Source: Carcharhinus longimanus
Taxonomy: Eukaryota
Direction: 5' to 3'
DNA: 63,722 nt
Assembly: GCA_030264375.1 (NCBI GenBank)
Contig: JASCQW010000105.1
Location: 44,794,727-44,858,448 of the forward strand
Part shown: positions 12,684-25,523 of the stretch, one piece after another
Numbering within the stretch: position 1 is the stretch's first letter
How the letters are laid out: each line of letters starts with the position of its first letter
The notes under the pieces: generated by a model
The model's input: the letters and a program-made list of their open reading frames with translations, nothing else
Database searches by the model: none
Told to the model about the DNA's origin: nothing
Program-made: the position numbers and the translations under genes

Positions 12684-14724
12684 AGTTCAGTTCAGAGGAA
12701 GCAGAAGACTGCCTATGGAAACATATGCTTGAAACAAAGGAAAAGCATTTGAAGATAACCAAAACTCCAATGGTGTATTACATCAGTAGAATAACAGATA
12801 TATACGCCTGACTATGACGGAGGTGAAATTTGTGATGAGAGAAGGGTCATCTAAAAGGTAAATATGGATAAGAAAAATTATTCGGGTCATCTTAGCTCCA
12901 TCTATGTGAAAATCATTTGGTTATATCCCCTCAGCAGTACAGGGGAAGAGCTCAACACATTCGAGCAGCAGTTATTTATTTTATTTTCCACTATATATAT
13001 GTTGTTTCCATGAACATGTGTATACAGTGGAAAATGCAATAAATTTCATAGATACTCTAGACAGGTAGCTTATTTAGTAATAACCCTCTGACAGACCACT
13101 CAATAATTAGTTGGTTAACTGAACAACCTCTTACCAAAATATTCCAGCAACAGTTATATGATCCGCTGAGCTATTTTGATAACACTGGTAACATCCTGTT
13201 AAATACACCCCATTAAATTTATGAATTACAATTAGATAGAAATTGCCGCATCGACAGCCTCTAAAAAATAAAATTAGGGTGAAAGTTTTGGACTGTAATT
13301 TTCATTGGCGTCTGTGGAAGGCAACCATTTCAAATGGTTGAATTACTTGACCATTTTAGGAAAGCAGAATCTTCTGGACTGCAAAATGTGTACCGTGGTC
13401 AACTTCAATAACAAATGGAACATTAGCTTTGAAATATTTAATAAAATCAAATGAATAAAAATTACAGATCTTGCCAATGGCTTGTGTACTGAAGCTTTTC
13501 AGCCAATGCTCTAAACACTCCAACTGATCAATTATTATTATAATCAGATACATGGACGTTAACTTCCATTGTGGAAATATTATCCTAACGTATTATTATG
13601 TGCATCCGCCAGTATTGTGCAACAAACAAAAATGTGCCTGTCAAAACGTTTTTTTTAGCAGCTAATGCAATACTTTGATCCTCTCTCATGTGGAGTAATT
13701 AGAACGTAAGCTCCTCCATTAGATTGCTCCTTTAGACTGGGAAATACAGTGCAAGAATAAATTCTTACCCTTTTTCTTCCAAGCGAGTGAGTTTCACCAG
13801 CCTCAGCCTGAATATTTGACTGCAAATAATCTCTGTACTGGGCAGAGCATGGGATATTATTCATATATCCCAGGAGGACTCTACCTACCAGACTGATGTT
13901 CTCTTCCTTTCAAGTAAGAGTGTGTAACTGAGGACAGATGGAGGGAATTTTAAAAATAGGCATGCTTAGCATGGTTTTGATGGAACCACCTGAATGCTTT
14001 CATGAGCCTTTCCCTTTTTATTCTATAGTTTGGTTTACGTTTCTTTCTACAACATGTCATTAAAACAACTAACTATGTCTCATGCAGAGTTTTCATTGAG
14101 ATCTCTTCTTTTGACATTGAACATCTGACCATTTTGCTTCACTTCCCCTTACCTCTTGGTAACTGGATTCACATTTGTGGCTTAATTCTTTGTCAGAATG
14201 CTCTCTTCTTAGATTATTATTTTCCAGACTCTTCAGTTGGTCTATACCAATTCTTCCTTTACCCCTCCTTTCATTACCATACTGAATCTCAGAATATGTC
14301 AGGTTTCTGGCACTTCAATGTCTCTTACTTTAATTTGCCTATCTGGGACACTCTTCCCATACTTTCCCCATCCTTTTGCCCTTAATATGTCCCCTACCTC
14401 TTCACCTTCCCAGAACTGATTCTCACTTCTATCATTTCCCCTACCATTCCTATTTATCCGCCATTGAACACCCCACTCAATCCTACATCTCCCCCACTTC
14501 TTTGTTCTGTTGCCACTCACTTCACTTTTAAATTCAATTCCCCTCATCTCCACCATTCTCTACAAGGATAAGGGATAAAAAATCAGAGGTATCTTTACAT
14601 TCAAATAATTTCTGTGTTTCACATCACCTCCTATTCTCACTTCCTTTATGGTTCCCTCAAAGTATTTTTGCTTTCAAAATTCAACTTAAAGAATAGTTAC
14701 AGTAACTGCTTTTCTATCTACATG

Positions 14725-14845
14725 TATCTAGCTCTCTGTCTGGCCTACATGTGACACCAGGCCCACAGCAATGTGGTTGACTCTCAAATGTGCTCAGGTC
14801 TAGCCCAGCCAGCGATACCCACATTCCATGAACAAATAAAAAAAA
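14725..14845 (+). mobile_element. 3' tail of the second CR1-clade family
   Basis: gccagcgatacccacattccatgaacaaataaaaaaaa matches the tail at 9150-9199. Confidence 0.65.
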
Positions 14846-15055
14846 GTTGGCTGGACAACTAGCTTGGGATGCAGAATGACGCCATCAGTACGAGTTCAGT
14901 TCCCCTACCAGCTGAGGTTATTCATGAAGGCCTGCTTTTTCAACCTTCCCCCTTGCCTGAGGTGAGTTGATCCTCAGGTTAAATCACCACTAGTCAGCTC
15001 TCCCCCTCAAAGTGGAAGCAGCGTATGGTCATCTGGGACTATGGCGACTTTACCT
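14846..15055 (+). mobile_element. tRNA-derived SINE distinct from HE1
   Basis: tRNA-like head (gttggctggac...gagttcagttcccctaccagct) and 3' end ggtcatctgggactatggcgacttta, recalled as a shark SINE. Confidence 0.65.
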
Positions 15056-15189
15056 GACATTAATAGTCAGCCAGAGTCAGTGGTTGTTCCCCAGACTAGA
15101 AGGATTCTGTTAAACAGGTGTTAAGGCAAAAGTGGTAACTTTAGGCCAATTGCTTGACTTAAATAATACACGGGGCAAACATAAGTATC

Positions 15190-15370
15190 ATCAGAGATAG
15201 CTTGTATGATCACACAGCTAGAGAAAGCTCTATCAGTGATATTGAGCATATTGGGGAAAATACAGTCATGTCTTAAAATTGTGAAAGAATGTTTTGAAGA
15301 AATCATCGGATTTGAGGATGCATATTACTTACTTGGACTTTCAGAAGGATTTTGATAAGGTATGCACAAG
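15190..15370 (+). mobile_element. CR1 reverse-transcriptase fragment
   Basis: YLDFQKDFDKV corresponds to the RT motif YLDFxKAFDKV (ORF 15294-15506). Confidence 0.8.
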
Positions 15371-16310
15371 GACTGGCAAATTTGCTTTGACCTATCCTTG
15401 GGGATTTGATCATTTGAGATTTGATCACAAGACATTTGCCAACTGCAAGGATTATTGCAGTTCTGGCAAATTGAGTGATCAGTACTCCAAGCATCAAATA
15501 CAATAGCTGTTTTTTTTTAGTGAGATGAATAGCATAACGTATGCATCAAAGGAGGAACACAAATAAAGGGAGATTTAAGGATAATTGAGATTTAAATAAA
15601 AACTTATTCTGTGACATTTCCAAGATGCTGACTACAATGAAAAACAGTATTCAATACAAAATCCTCATAAATATAAACAACTTAAAACTAACTTTCATAC
15701 AATTTTATGACTCCTTACACAATTTATAAAAACAATAAATAAGACAAAAAATAAATTTAATTCAATTGTTTGACTTCTACACTCCGCTGCAGCCCAGCTT
15801 CAGGGAATAAGCAGCACCAAAGCTGCCTCACTCCCAGAAGAAACCACATTATATAATAAAGCACATCATATGCCAACACAAGCCCTTCTTCCCTCCAGTT
15901 TGTGCTGCTGTCTCTCCCCATTTCCATCTTACCTTGCTCTGCCTCACCATTCCCAGTTTGTGCTGTTCTCTCTCACCTTCTCCATTTCATCCATCTCTTC
16001 TAGCTATTTTGTCAAGATCTTGCTCCCTCCTTTGTTTTCATTTTGCTCTCACTCTCAATCTACCAGTTTTTAATGTTTTTATCTCCCTTCCAGTTCATGT
16101 TTCTCTCTCCCTCCCTCTCTCAGGATCCACATAATCTTCAGGTGATTTTTGTTGGTCTCAATGCCATCATGCTCACAATCAGCAACAAAGCGGTGTTTCC
16201 AAACAACTGGGGTTCAGCAGGCCTTAGGGAATGTGGCTTGGTCACAAGCTACAGGACATCATGTATGCACAAATCATGCACACATGACCCGTTACTGTCC
16301 ATTCACCAGC

Positions 16311-16381
16311 AAAGTAAAGTAAAAATGTATTTATTAGTCATAAGTAAGGCTTACATTAACACTGCAATGGAGTTACTGTGA
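16311..16381 (-). mobile_element. Isolated HE1 tail-type-B fragment
   Basis: Reverse complement matches the cacagtaacttcattgcagtgttaatgtaagcc...aataaata tail of the SINEs at 22209 and 24407. Confidence 0.75.
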
Positions 16382-16599
16382 TGCAGTGATTTCCAAAATC
16401 AATTGCCCATTCTGACAATTGGGCCACCAAAAACAGGGAGAATGGGACCCTTACAGAAGAACTGCTTGTACCAAGACAGAAGATTACAGAACTAATGATC
16501 ATTGCTGCAGACAATTGAAAATTGAGTAAATTCCTGTAGGTACCAAGCTGCTGTCAGTTAATTGGAATGTTCGGGGACCTGTTATTACTGGTACCTCAC

Positions 16600-17070
16600 G
16601 TGGATTAATATTCTGCCTTTGTTACGTAGAACTTTCATGAACGACCAAGGTGTAGATGTTTGGTTCAATGCAATGGCACACAGCTACAGTATAGCTCAGG
16701 CAAATGGGGTTCTGGATTATGTTCAAAGGACAATGCATTACAATTCAATGCACATCAACATTTTCTTTTATAAAACTTTGGTTGGGTATCAGTTAGAATA
16801 GTGTTCAGTTTTGGCTTCCTCACAGACTAAGGGGACTTTGAGGCTTTGAATAAGTTCAGGGGAGAGCCACTAGATGAATTCACAATTTAAATGCCTTTGA
16901 TATCCAGATAGATCAAAAAACTGGGTTCAAATATTTTAGCAAAGTGTAGACTCAGGGAAGATTTGATCGCAGTTGATCATGGCTTGAATGTGTTACAGTG
17001 TGTTCATATAGACTAATTCTCTCAGCTGGCTAAGGATGGTCAGACTTAGAAGTTATCTAAGGACAGAACT
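16600..17070 (+). mobile_element. Old CR1 ORF2 C-terminal fragment
   Basis: AQANGVLDYVQRTM...FYKTLVGYQLE corresponds to the KANxxLGxIxR...LYKxLVRPxLEY motif. Confidence 0.7.
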
Positions 17071-17444
17071 AGGTTCAATATTAGGCAGCTTTTTGCTTCC
17101 CCAAAATAGAGGACTGGTGAAGTAGGATGTTGGCACTGTATGCAGTTGGACTTGGCTCTTGCCGGGCAGAGATAACCTCATACAAGGGGTAAGTGTGGTG
17201 TTAATATGATGTCCTGAACTGATTATGCTCCAATATGACAACTGTGAAACACGTGTGCATTCCAAGCTAGAGGTGGAATGCCACTCTATTGGCACAGGTA
17301 AAACAATAGCTGTCCAAGGTCTACACACCTGTCTACATATCTTTTTTGAGTCCCCTTTATAAAATTTGGATTTCCTGGATGCAACAAATTGGGCCAACTG
17401 TATTCAGGAAAATCAAATTTTTCTGGGATAGCTTGATCTTGGGT

Positions 17445-17682
17445 TCGGACATAGCTCGACACGACACCGAGGGCCATAGGGCCTGTACTGTGCTGTACTG
17501 TTCTATGTTTTATCTTTCTATGTTTCTATGAAGATTATTATCTGAATGGTGGCAGTTTAGGAAAAGGGGAAATGCAACGTGACCTGGGTGTCCTGTTGTA
17601 ACAGTCGCTGAAGGTTGACATGCAGGTAAGCAGGCGGTGAGGAAAGCTTATGACATGCTGGCTTTCATAGCAAGACTTTTGA
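17445..17682 (+). mobile_element. CR1 3' tail plus adjacent ORF2 fragment
   Basis: Tail gggcctgtactgtgctgtactgttctatg with (ttctatg)n, then DYYLNGGSLGKGEMQRDLGVL. Confidence 0.8.
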
Positions 17683-17880
17683 ATGGACTTATCATACATT
17701 AAGCTGATCTTTCTTTAAACCTTATCAGTAACTGCAACACTATATTCTGCACCCTGTCCTTTCCTTGTTTCCATGTACTCAATGAATGGTATGCTTTGTC
17801 TGTAAAGTTCACAAGAAACAATACTTTTCACTGTTTCCCAATACATGTGATAATAATAACTCAAATCAATTCAATTTCAA
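17683..17880 (+). mobile_element. Rex1/Babar-like LINE 3' tail lying between CR1 pieces
   Basis: cactgtttcccaatacatgtgataataataactcaaatcaattc resembles recalled Rex/Babar 3' ends. Confidence 0.55.
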
Positions 17881-18354
17881 AGAACATCAGGATGCTGCCT
17901 GGTATGGAAGGCTTTAGCTATGAGGAGAGGTTGGAAAAACTTGGTTTGTTCTCACTGGAATGGTGGAGGTTGAGGGGCGACCTGATAAAAGTCTACAAGA
18001 TTAAGAGGGGAATGGGCAGAGTGGATAGTCAGAAGCTTTTGCCCAGGGTGGAAGAATCAATTACTTGGGGGCATAGGTTTAAGTTGTGAGGGGCAAGGTT
18101 TAAAGGAGAAAAGGGAAGTTTTTTTTTTTACACACAAGGTGGTGGGTGCCTGGAACTCACTCTGGGGGGAGGTAGTGGAAGCGGATACGAGAGTGACTTT
18201 TAAAGGGCGTCTTTACAAATACATAAATAGGATGAGAATAGAGGGATATGGTTCCTGGAAGGGTAGGGGGTTTTAATTCAGGCAGCATGGTCGGCGTATG
18301 CTTGGAGGGCTGAAGGGCCTGTTCCTGCGTTGTAATTTTCTTTGTTCTTTGTTC
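17881..18354 (+). mobile_element. CR1 (HER1-like) LINE 3' end
   Basis: IRMLPGMEGFSYEERLEKLGLFSLEWWRLRGDLIKVYKI, then a tail gggctgaagggcctgttcct...ttctttgttctttgttc. Confidence 0.92.
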
Positions 18355-20439
18355 AAATCTTCTTCCAGTCCTTAAATGAATTGTTATAGGATGCCATCTG
18401 TGAAGGTAAGTTTGGAAAAAGTTATCCGACCTGAGTGTGGAGTCAGGCTATCCAGCTGTGCTCCTCCCAATGTTATATCAGTAGGTTTGGAGTCATTGGG
18501 TGGATTTGGGATAGTCGGGTAAATGGGAGATAATCAAGTGGGCTGGGGGGGTATTTGTACGTGGAGAGGGGTTTGATTGTTGAGCGTTGATTGGGGGTTG
18601 GTTGTCCTGTTATTCAGTCATTAGACCAGATTTTAAACAGTCTGACATTTCATGGGTAAGTATACAGGTACGTCATGCGTATCTGGTCCATGTGTCTGCC
18701 CTGAGTCTGGGATCAAGGAGATTGCTAGAAGGTCTCAGGCAGCAACGAATTATCCCATCAGAACTTCAAACTTCAGGGGCAATTTCCACATATATCCATG
18801 TGTCAGGACTCCCACAGGGTCTTAATGTGCATTTTCTGTTGTATGTCCTGTTTCTAACGATCCAGGAGCAGGAAGACGTGAGGTGTCCTTTTTAACTTAA
18901 TTAAATCCATTTACATTCAAGAAAGGCCACCAACCTACTAAAACATTAATGGCAAGCACCTTTAAAATCTGATGTTGATTGAGAAAACTAATGGCCAGAT
19001 GATTAGAAAAGTTATCCTAGCAAAATCTTATTTTACACTTCAATATTAAGCTGCAAGGTTCGCCTGAAGACTATCGGCTCAAAGGATAAATAGATAATGT
19101 ACAAAAAAAATTGCTTGGATGCTGATCATATATAAATCTGTTTCACTTCACCCATTTTATCAAATTCATTTTAATTGTAGTATTGAAAGCTTTAAATGTT
19201 GCTGGAAGGTCTGAATGACTACATTTGGACAAATTGCCAAGTTTGTTTCTGAGCAAAATCGGGTTTAGCGCTTTGATTCTTTAGGAACATTTCTGCATAA
19301 ACCCATTTGATTGTTTTTTGTAAATATGCATTTTACATCTACAATTAAGAAGTAGAAATTGGATATACCTGTACCTGAGCCACGCCTGAAATAAAACAGG
19401 TGCAATGCAGCTCAATTCCAGCTACCAATGTCCTCCACTCAAAAAGAGAACTAACCTCAAAGCAGATCAAAGCATTTTTCAGGAGACTTGCTGGGCAAGG
19501 CACTAAGCGTGCGAGAGATGGCCAATCATTCTGGCTTATAATGCCACAGGAAACTGGTGACACAAGGTACAAAAGAAGGTACAAACTTCACCTGGCATGG
19601 GTGTAGCCTAGGAGCTCTGTGCCATGGCAAAAGCTAACTACAATTAGCTCTCTTTCCTGCTCTCCTCCTCCTTCTCCCATACTTACTTGCCTGAGGGGTA
19701 TTTACATTGAGTAAGGTGCCTAAAATCAGTCAGGCCAGAGGATACACAATATGTGTTGGCAGTTCATCAGGCATATTTAGGTGAGGCCTAATCTCCAATT
19801 TTAGACTAGAACTGAGCAAATGTTGCTTAGGCCATAAGTTTCCAGGATAACAAATCCTACAAGTCAAGAAATTCTGAATGGTGGTGTTGCTAACCATGAC
19901 AAACCACTGAGTTTCACTTGTATTGATATGTCACCAGCACCATTCAGTTGAATCACAGCCTCACATTCAGCATTTATGCGTGTGTATATTTATTATCTAG
20001 TGATGACTTGCATTGTTCAATCACTTAATTTCTACACTAATGTTAGCAATTAGTTTTTAATTTGCTTTTATTTGCCTCCCTCACAGTTATTGTTATTCTG
20101 GGCAATAAATTAATCCACAGCCAAGAAAAAAGTTGGCAAACTTATCTCAGGCCTTCCACAGTGTGACTCTTTAACNNNNNNNNNNNNNNNNNNNNNNNNN
20201 NNNNNNNNNNNNNNNNNNNNNNNNNNNNNNNNNNNNNNNNNNNNNNNNNNNNNNNNNNNNNNNNNNNNNNNNNNNAAACTTTTCTCAGGCCTTCCACATT
20301 GTGACTCTTTAACCCTTGCCATACAATAAGCAGCACAATGGACATTCATGACTGCAATTTCTCATATTATAAATTCCAATATTATCCCTGTTGCCTGAAA
20401 CAGAAACGTCCCCGCATACTGGAATGGCAAAAACATGTG

Positions 20440-20890
20440 TGTGTGTGTGCAATTCTATTCTCTGTTTTCCTCTCTTGCTCCAGTCCCACCATCCCCAATT
20501 ATTTCCTCTCTTTCTTGCTCCTTCACTCCATGTTAATATTTTTCTTTTTGTATTCTCATGCTTTCCTCTTCTCTTCTATTCCCTATACTTCCTGCACTCC
20601 TCTATATTCTGTCTCCATCACAGTGCCCCATTTTTCATCTCACTGCATTTCTTTCTTTCTCTCCATCTCATCCTTCCCTTGAGGGTTTGTTCCTTTGTTC
20701 TTCATTTTCTTAAGGTCACTGATTTCTCTCTTTCTCTATCTAGCCCCTTTGCTTTATCCATCTTATATTTCTTTCACATCGGTCATTACCCCTGTTTGTT
20801 TCAGTTTTCTCTTTTTCATTCAATATTTGAGTTTCCAATGATTCTTTGTTCTCTTTGCATTTGCTCTCTCTATCTTCTCTTTCACGTTGT
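20440..20890 (+). repeat. Polypyrimidine low-complexity tract (similar tracts at about 14250-14560 and 15880-16125)
   Basis: Strongly C/T-skewed plus strand, which explains the spurious F/S/L-rich ORFs. Confidence 0.8.
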
Positions 20891-22208
20891 ACGAGGCCAA
20901 TTCTCATTTTGCACAAACATCATGCACATTCTGTCTGTTGCCCTTTTGATGACACTATGTTGCTGAAAGGCTGATCCAATTCTCATGGTCAGGCTTCATT
21001 AGCATGCTATCACCAAGTTGTTCATACATGATGAGTGCAAGTAGTTATCTGCAAATGGTGGGGGCAAGAAACTGGGCAGCTCCTTCATGAAGCAAGGTTG
21101 GATGAATTCCATAAGAGGGGGAGGAAATAGTTGGTAGGACCTGTGAATGGATGGATGAGCTGATGGATCAGTCTCGTGTACATCAGATCTCTAACTACCC
21201 ACTCAGAGAATTTGATCTTTGCAGTACTTTCACCAGAAACTGTATTCTCCCCAAGGTTTCTGGATATAGCCAACACCCAAATAGTACATCCCAGCAGAAC
21301 CTTTTTAGCTAGGGTCACAGCAGTCCTGATGGCATAAAATCCCCAGAGACTCCTTCCTCATAAATTCTTAAAAAGGTCTGGTTGATTCTGGCAAAATGTA
21401 ACAGTGTTCTTGTTCGATCCATATTTTCTGCTCTCCCTGCCTTCATCTTTCCATCCTGTCTGGAATTGTATTGTGCGTATGGTTCTTTAAAGTGCTCCCT
21501 TTTGTCCCCTCAACTGCAGGTTGTGTTCGACAAATAGGTATTTGTCTTTCTGGGTTTTGAGATCAGTTGTTAAACAATATGAAATTAATTTTCTATTTAC
21601 CCTTTGCTTTTTATCTTTCATCCCCTAGTAACTGCAAATCACATGGGCATTTCTTTGCTTGCTTGCTAGAAAGTCCCATTATACCCCTTTCTGAATACTC
21701 CCCATTTTCACTGTAGAATTGAAAAGATATTCAGCAAAGATAATATAGGTCTTTCCCAAAGTGCAAGGATGCTCACACAGAGGATTGTCATTTAAATGGA
21801 TGAATTACATTTTTTTTGCTAATGCCTGAGCTACCAATATGAACGNNNNNNNNNNNNNNNNNNNNNNNNNNNNNNNNNNNNNNNNNNNNNNNNNNNNNNN
21901 NNNNNNNNNNNNNNNNNNNNNNNNNNNNNNNNNNNNNNNNNNNNNTGAGCTACCAAGATGAACGGCATGCCAAAATGGTGATAGTCTGGATTTTAATAGG
22001 AATGGAGTGCTTTGTGCTATGCTGTGATTTTCAGAGTAGTACTGATCTGATCCAACCCAAAATCAATGACAAAAAATTGGCCTTCATTTTTGTTTCTTGC
22101 TATTGTTACAAGGATTATTTTGTCAGTATGGTAATACCCATAATTTTAGCATAAAAAATGGGTGATGTGCATTGAAAATCGCTCCCTATGAGTCTGTACA
22201 AGCCTCAA

Positions 22209-22484
22209 ACGGTGGTACAGTGGTTAGCACTGCTGCCTGACAGCGCCAGGGACCCGGTTCAATTCCCGACATGGGTCACTGTCTATGTGGAGTCTGCACA
22301 TTCTCTCCGTGTCTGCATTGGTTTCCTCCGGGTGCTCCGGTTTCCTCCTACAATCTGAAAGACATGCTGATTGGGTGCATTGACCCAAACAGTGCCGGAA
22401 TGTGACGACTAGGGGAATTTCACAGTAACTTCATTGCAATGTTAATATAAGCCTTACTTGTGACAAATAAATAAATAAACTTTA
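22209..22484 (+). mobile_element. HE1/V-SINE, tail type B
   Basis: ggtggtacagtggttagcactgctgcc head, B box, V-domain, (aaat)n end. Confidence 0.92.
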
Positions 22485-22912
22485 ATGTGGAGATCAAGTG
22501 CCTGAACAACCTTAATGAGAAGTGAAGAAATGAATAAAACAATAACTAAGGATTACTCATTTAAAAGAACAGAAGAAAGGTTACATTCCCAAAATTCTAT
22601 TTTTTTTTTCAAAACAAAATCAAATTCTCAGCTTGTATTTTACTTGTAAGCCCTAATTATTGAGCCGGATTGACAGCTGGTATTTGAGATGTTCACAAAG
22701 GTGACAGTTCTTTCACTCAGTGAACATCACTCACACACTGATCAAAGACATCCTTGAAGTTTGCTTGTTAATACTTAATACATTTGTAATTTAAAACGAA
22801 AAGAAAATTAATGTTGTTGCTTGCAATCTGCATTCTTTTTATAAATTCTTCTATTGTTTCCTTTCTTGGTTGTTTTAAATAATCTTAAACAATTGCATTT
22901 TATTTCATTTAG

Positions 22913-22998
22913 AAGCCATTACCAAGAGAAGAGATGAAAATGCTAACAATAGCACATGTGATGGACTACATGGAACATGAATTTATAATCTGTACTGG
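22913..22998 (+). other. Candidate exon (86 nt; KPLPREEMKMLTIAHVMDYMEHEFIICTG in the only open frame)
   Basis: Acceptor ttttatttcatttag|, donor GG|gtaagt, unique sequence. No product identified. Confidence 0.3.
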
Positions 22999-24406
22999 GT
23001 AAGTTATTTTCCATAAATGCTTTCTTGCCAGTTAAACCCAGTGGAACCCAGATCTGGTGTCATGCCATATCTATCTTTCTGGCTTGCGATGTGAAATCAT
23101 TCGAAGCAACTTAGCATCTATAATAATGGCAGCTTCAAATGATTCCAATAATGCAGAGCAGAAGTAAATACTGTGAATTATCATCAGAAATAAACAATTT
23201 CCACACATGTTGTATAAAAACAAAGCATATTTGAGAATACCTTATCATGCATTCTCAGGGCACGGAAATCTCTTAAGCTAATCATTACTTCACAAAAGTA
23301 AATAGCTGATAAATGTGTTGTGATCTTGTCACTGTTATTGATCCTCTGCATGGTAGTATTGTATCCCACTTCGCACAGTGACTGAGAGTGTATGCCACAA
23401 TTACAAAGTGTTAGCAAAATAGAGATTCAAAACTAAATCCAACCATTATCATACATTTTGCAGAAAATAAAGAAGTCTTGCATTTGTGAATCATGAGGTG
23501 AGTCTAGTGTGAAACTTCAAAAGAACGTAGACTTCTCTCCTGAGCAGGCCCTACACTTCACATTTTTCCTTCCTTTTCCATGTGTAACTAGGAGCCTTTG
23601 TTCCTGCCACTTTGTTAGATGGCCTCCAGAACTTGTGATTTACCAATGTACTGCAGTCAGAAATGCAGAAAATTAATTCACCAATGTGGTTTTCCAGAAA
23701 CCAGGTGACAGGTAGCATCCCAGCCACATTGTCAATCAAGAAAGATTTATTTCTCTTATCCATCTCTTCCCTCTCTGTGGCAATGTGTCTCCACCAAACT
23801 CAGAATAACATCTTTCACTGATGCTGACATTTCCAATTTCCAGATATCCTCGCATTATTGTCTTTTGGAGCATAATTGGAAACTTGATCCCAATCAATTC
23901 CAATTCAGCAACACTTCGTTCTTCCAATCAACAGATATCTTTCTAGCCCAGCATTAGTATGGGAATTGTTCTAAGGCTTGTGATCATTGAAATGCAGATG
24001 AAACAAAAATATTTATTGATTTTGAAAAGACTTAATTGCAAAGCTGCTCATGCGCCCTATGGATTTTAATGAAGGAGAAAAGACAATATGAGTGAAGGCA
24101 TGATTTTGCAAATGTGGAAGTGAAAGTAACACATAAGAAACTGAAGTTTGCCTTGTCACCAAATCCCTCTGTACTTGACCTCAATATACATTCTTACAAA
24201 TCCCATTCCTACAGTAGGCATTTCCCTACAGAGCATAAATCTTCCAAACCTTTCATCTTTCTTTAATAAACAAATTATTATTTCATGAACATTTTCTTTT
24301 ATGCATGCATGTTAACACAGGCTTTTTTCATTGTGCAACTTGAAACTTCTGGTGAATTCAAAAATCTCAGGGTATGATTAACGTCATATTGTTACAGCTC
24401 TATTAT

Positions 24407-24720
24407 GGAGGTATGGTGGTACAGTGGTTAGCACTGCTGCCTCACAGTGTCAGGGACCAGGGTTTGATTCCCAGCTTGGGTCACTGTCTGTGCAAAGTCT
24501 GCAAGTTCTCCCCATGTCTGCGTGGTTTGCCTCCTTGTGCTGTGGTTTCCTCCTGCAGCCTGAAAGACATGCTAATTAGGCGGTCAGGCTATATTTTCCC
24601 ACAGTGTATCCAAACAGGTGCCGGACTGTGGTGATTAGGGGATTTTCACAATGACTTCATTGCAGTGTTAATGTAAGCTGACTTGTGACACTAATAAATA
24701 AACTTTAAACTTAAACTTTA
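24407..24720 (+). mobile_element. HE1/V-SINE, tail type B
   Basis: Same head, V-domain and tail as 22209-22484; ends in taaactt repeats. Confidence 0.92.
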
Positions 24721-24952
24721 ATTCTTCATATTTCCTGTTTAATTGACTACACTATATGGATAATCAATATTAAATACTTCAATGGCTGGGAAGATCTGGT
24801 AACATTACAAATTTCCATCAAACACCGTAAGTATGAAGAGATTAACATGATTGATATAACTTCAGCAGCGAGATTCATCTATGTGATCCACTGAAATGTG
24901 TAAACTACAAAGTCGGCACTTTATATGTGCATTCCATTAATGGGATAGCTGG

Positions 24953-25160
24953 ACATAAGAACATAAGAACATAAGAAATAGGAGCAGGAGTAGGCCAACT
25001 AGCCCTTCGAGCCTGCCCCGCCATTCNNNNNNNNNNNNNNNNNNNNNNNNNNNNNNNNNNNNNNNNNNNNNNNNNNNNNNNNNNNNNNNNNNNNNNNNNN
25101 NNNNNNNNNNNNNNNNNNNNNNNNNNGCACTTGCCAACACTAAATTCCATTTGCCATTTG
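24953..25160 (-). mobile_element. CR1 3' end spanning an assembly gap
   Basis: (acataaga)n terminal repeat and aggagcaggagtaggcc stem; WQMEFSVGKC beyond the gap. Confidence 0.85.
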
Positions 25161-25523
25161 GACACAATACAACAGATGGTGTGACATCATAAAAACAGTG
25201 TAAAGTATGTGGATGCACATGAAATAGAAATCTGGGCAACAATATGTACTGGTTTTTTAACCCTTTCTCATTTCTATTTTGTACTGAGTTTACTAAGAAA
25301 TAAACAACTCTTTTTAGAAACCAAATGGAGATTACAAACACATGAACATATAAAATAATAACAGCAGTAGCCTGTAAGGCGCCCCCCGACCCCGATCCTG
25401 CTCCAGCATTCAATAAGATCATAGGTGATTTGATCTTGCCCTCAATGCCAATTTCCCATCTGTTTTCCCCATCCTTAGGCTCCCCAATATTTCAAGAGTT
25501 TCAGTCAAAACCGTAAATATATT

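Noticed and set aside
20138-20313. Direct repeat of about 38 bp on either side of a 100-N gap
   Set aside because: Near-identical overlap at contig ends, most likely an unmerged heterozygous overlap and not a biological duplication.
20391-20966. Longest ORF in the track (191 aa, hydrophobic)
   Set aside because: Product of a polypyrimidine tract that lacks stop codons; no domain or splice support.
21827-21964. tgagctaccaa(t/g)atgaacg repeated across a gap (also agttctggcctcagacagagcatataa at 45750 and 45878)
   Set aside because: Same scaffolding artefact.
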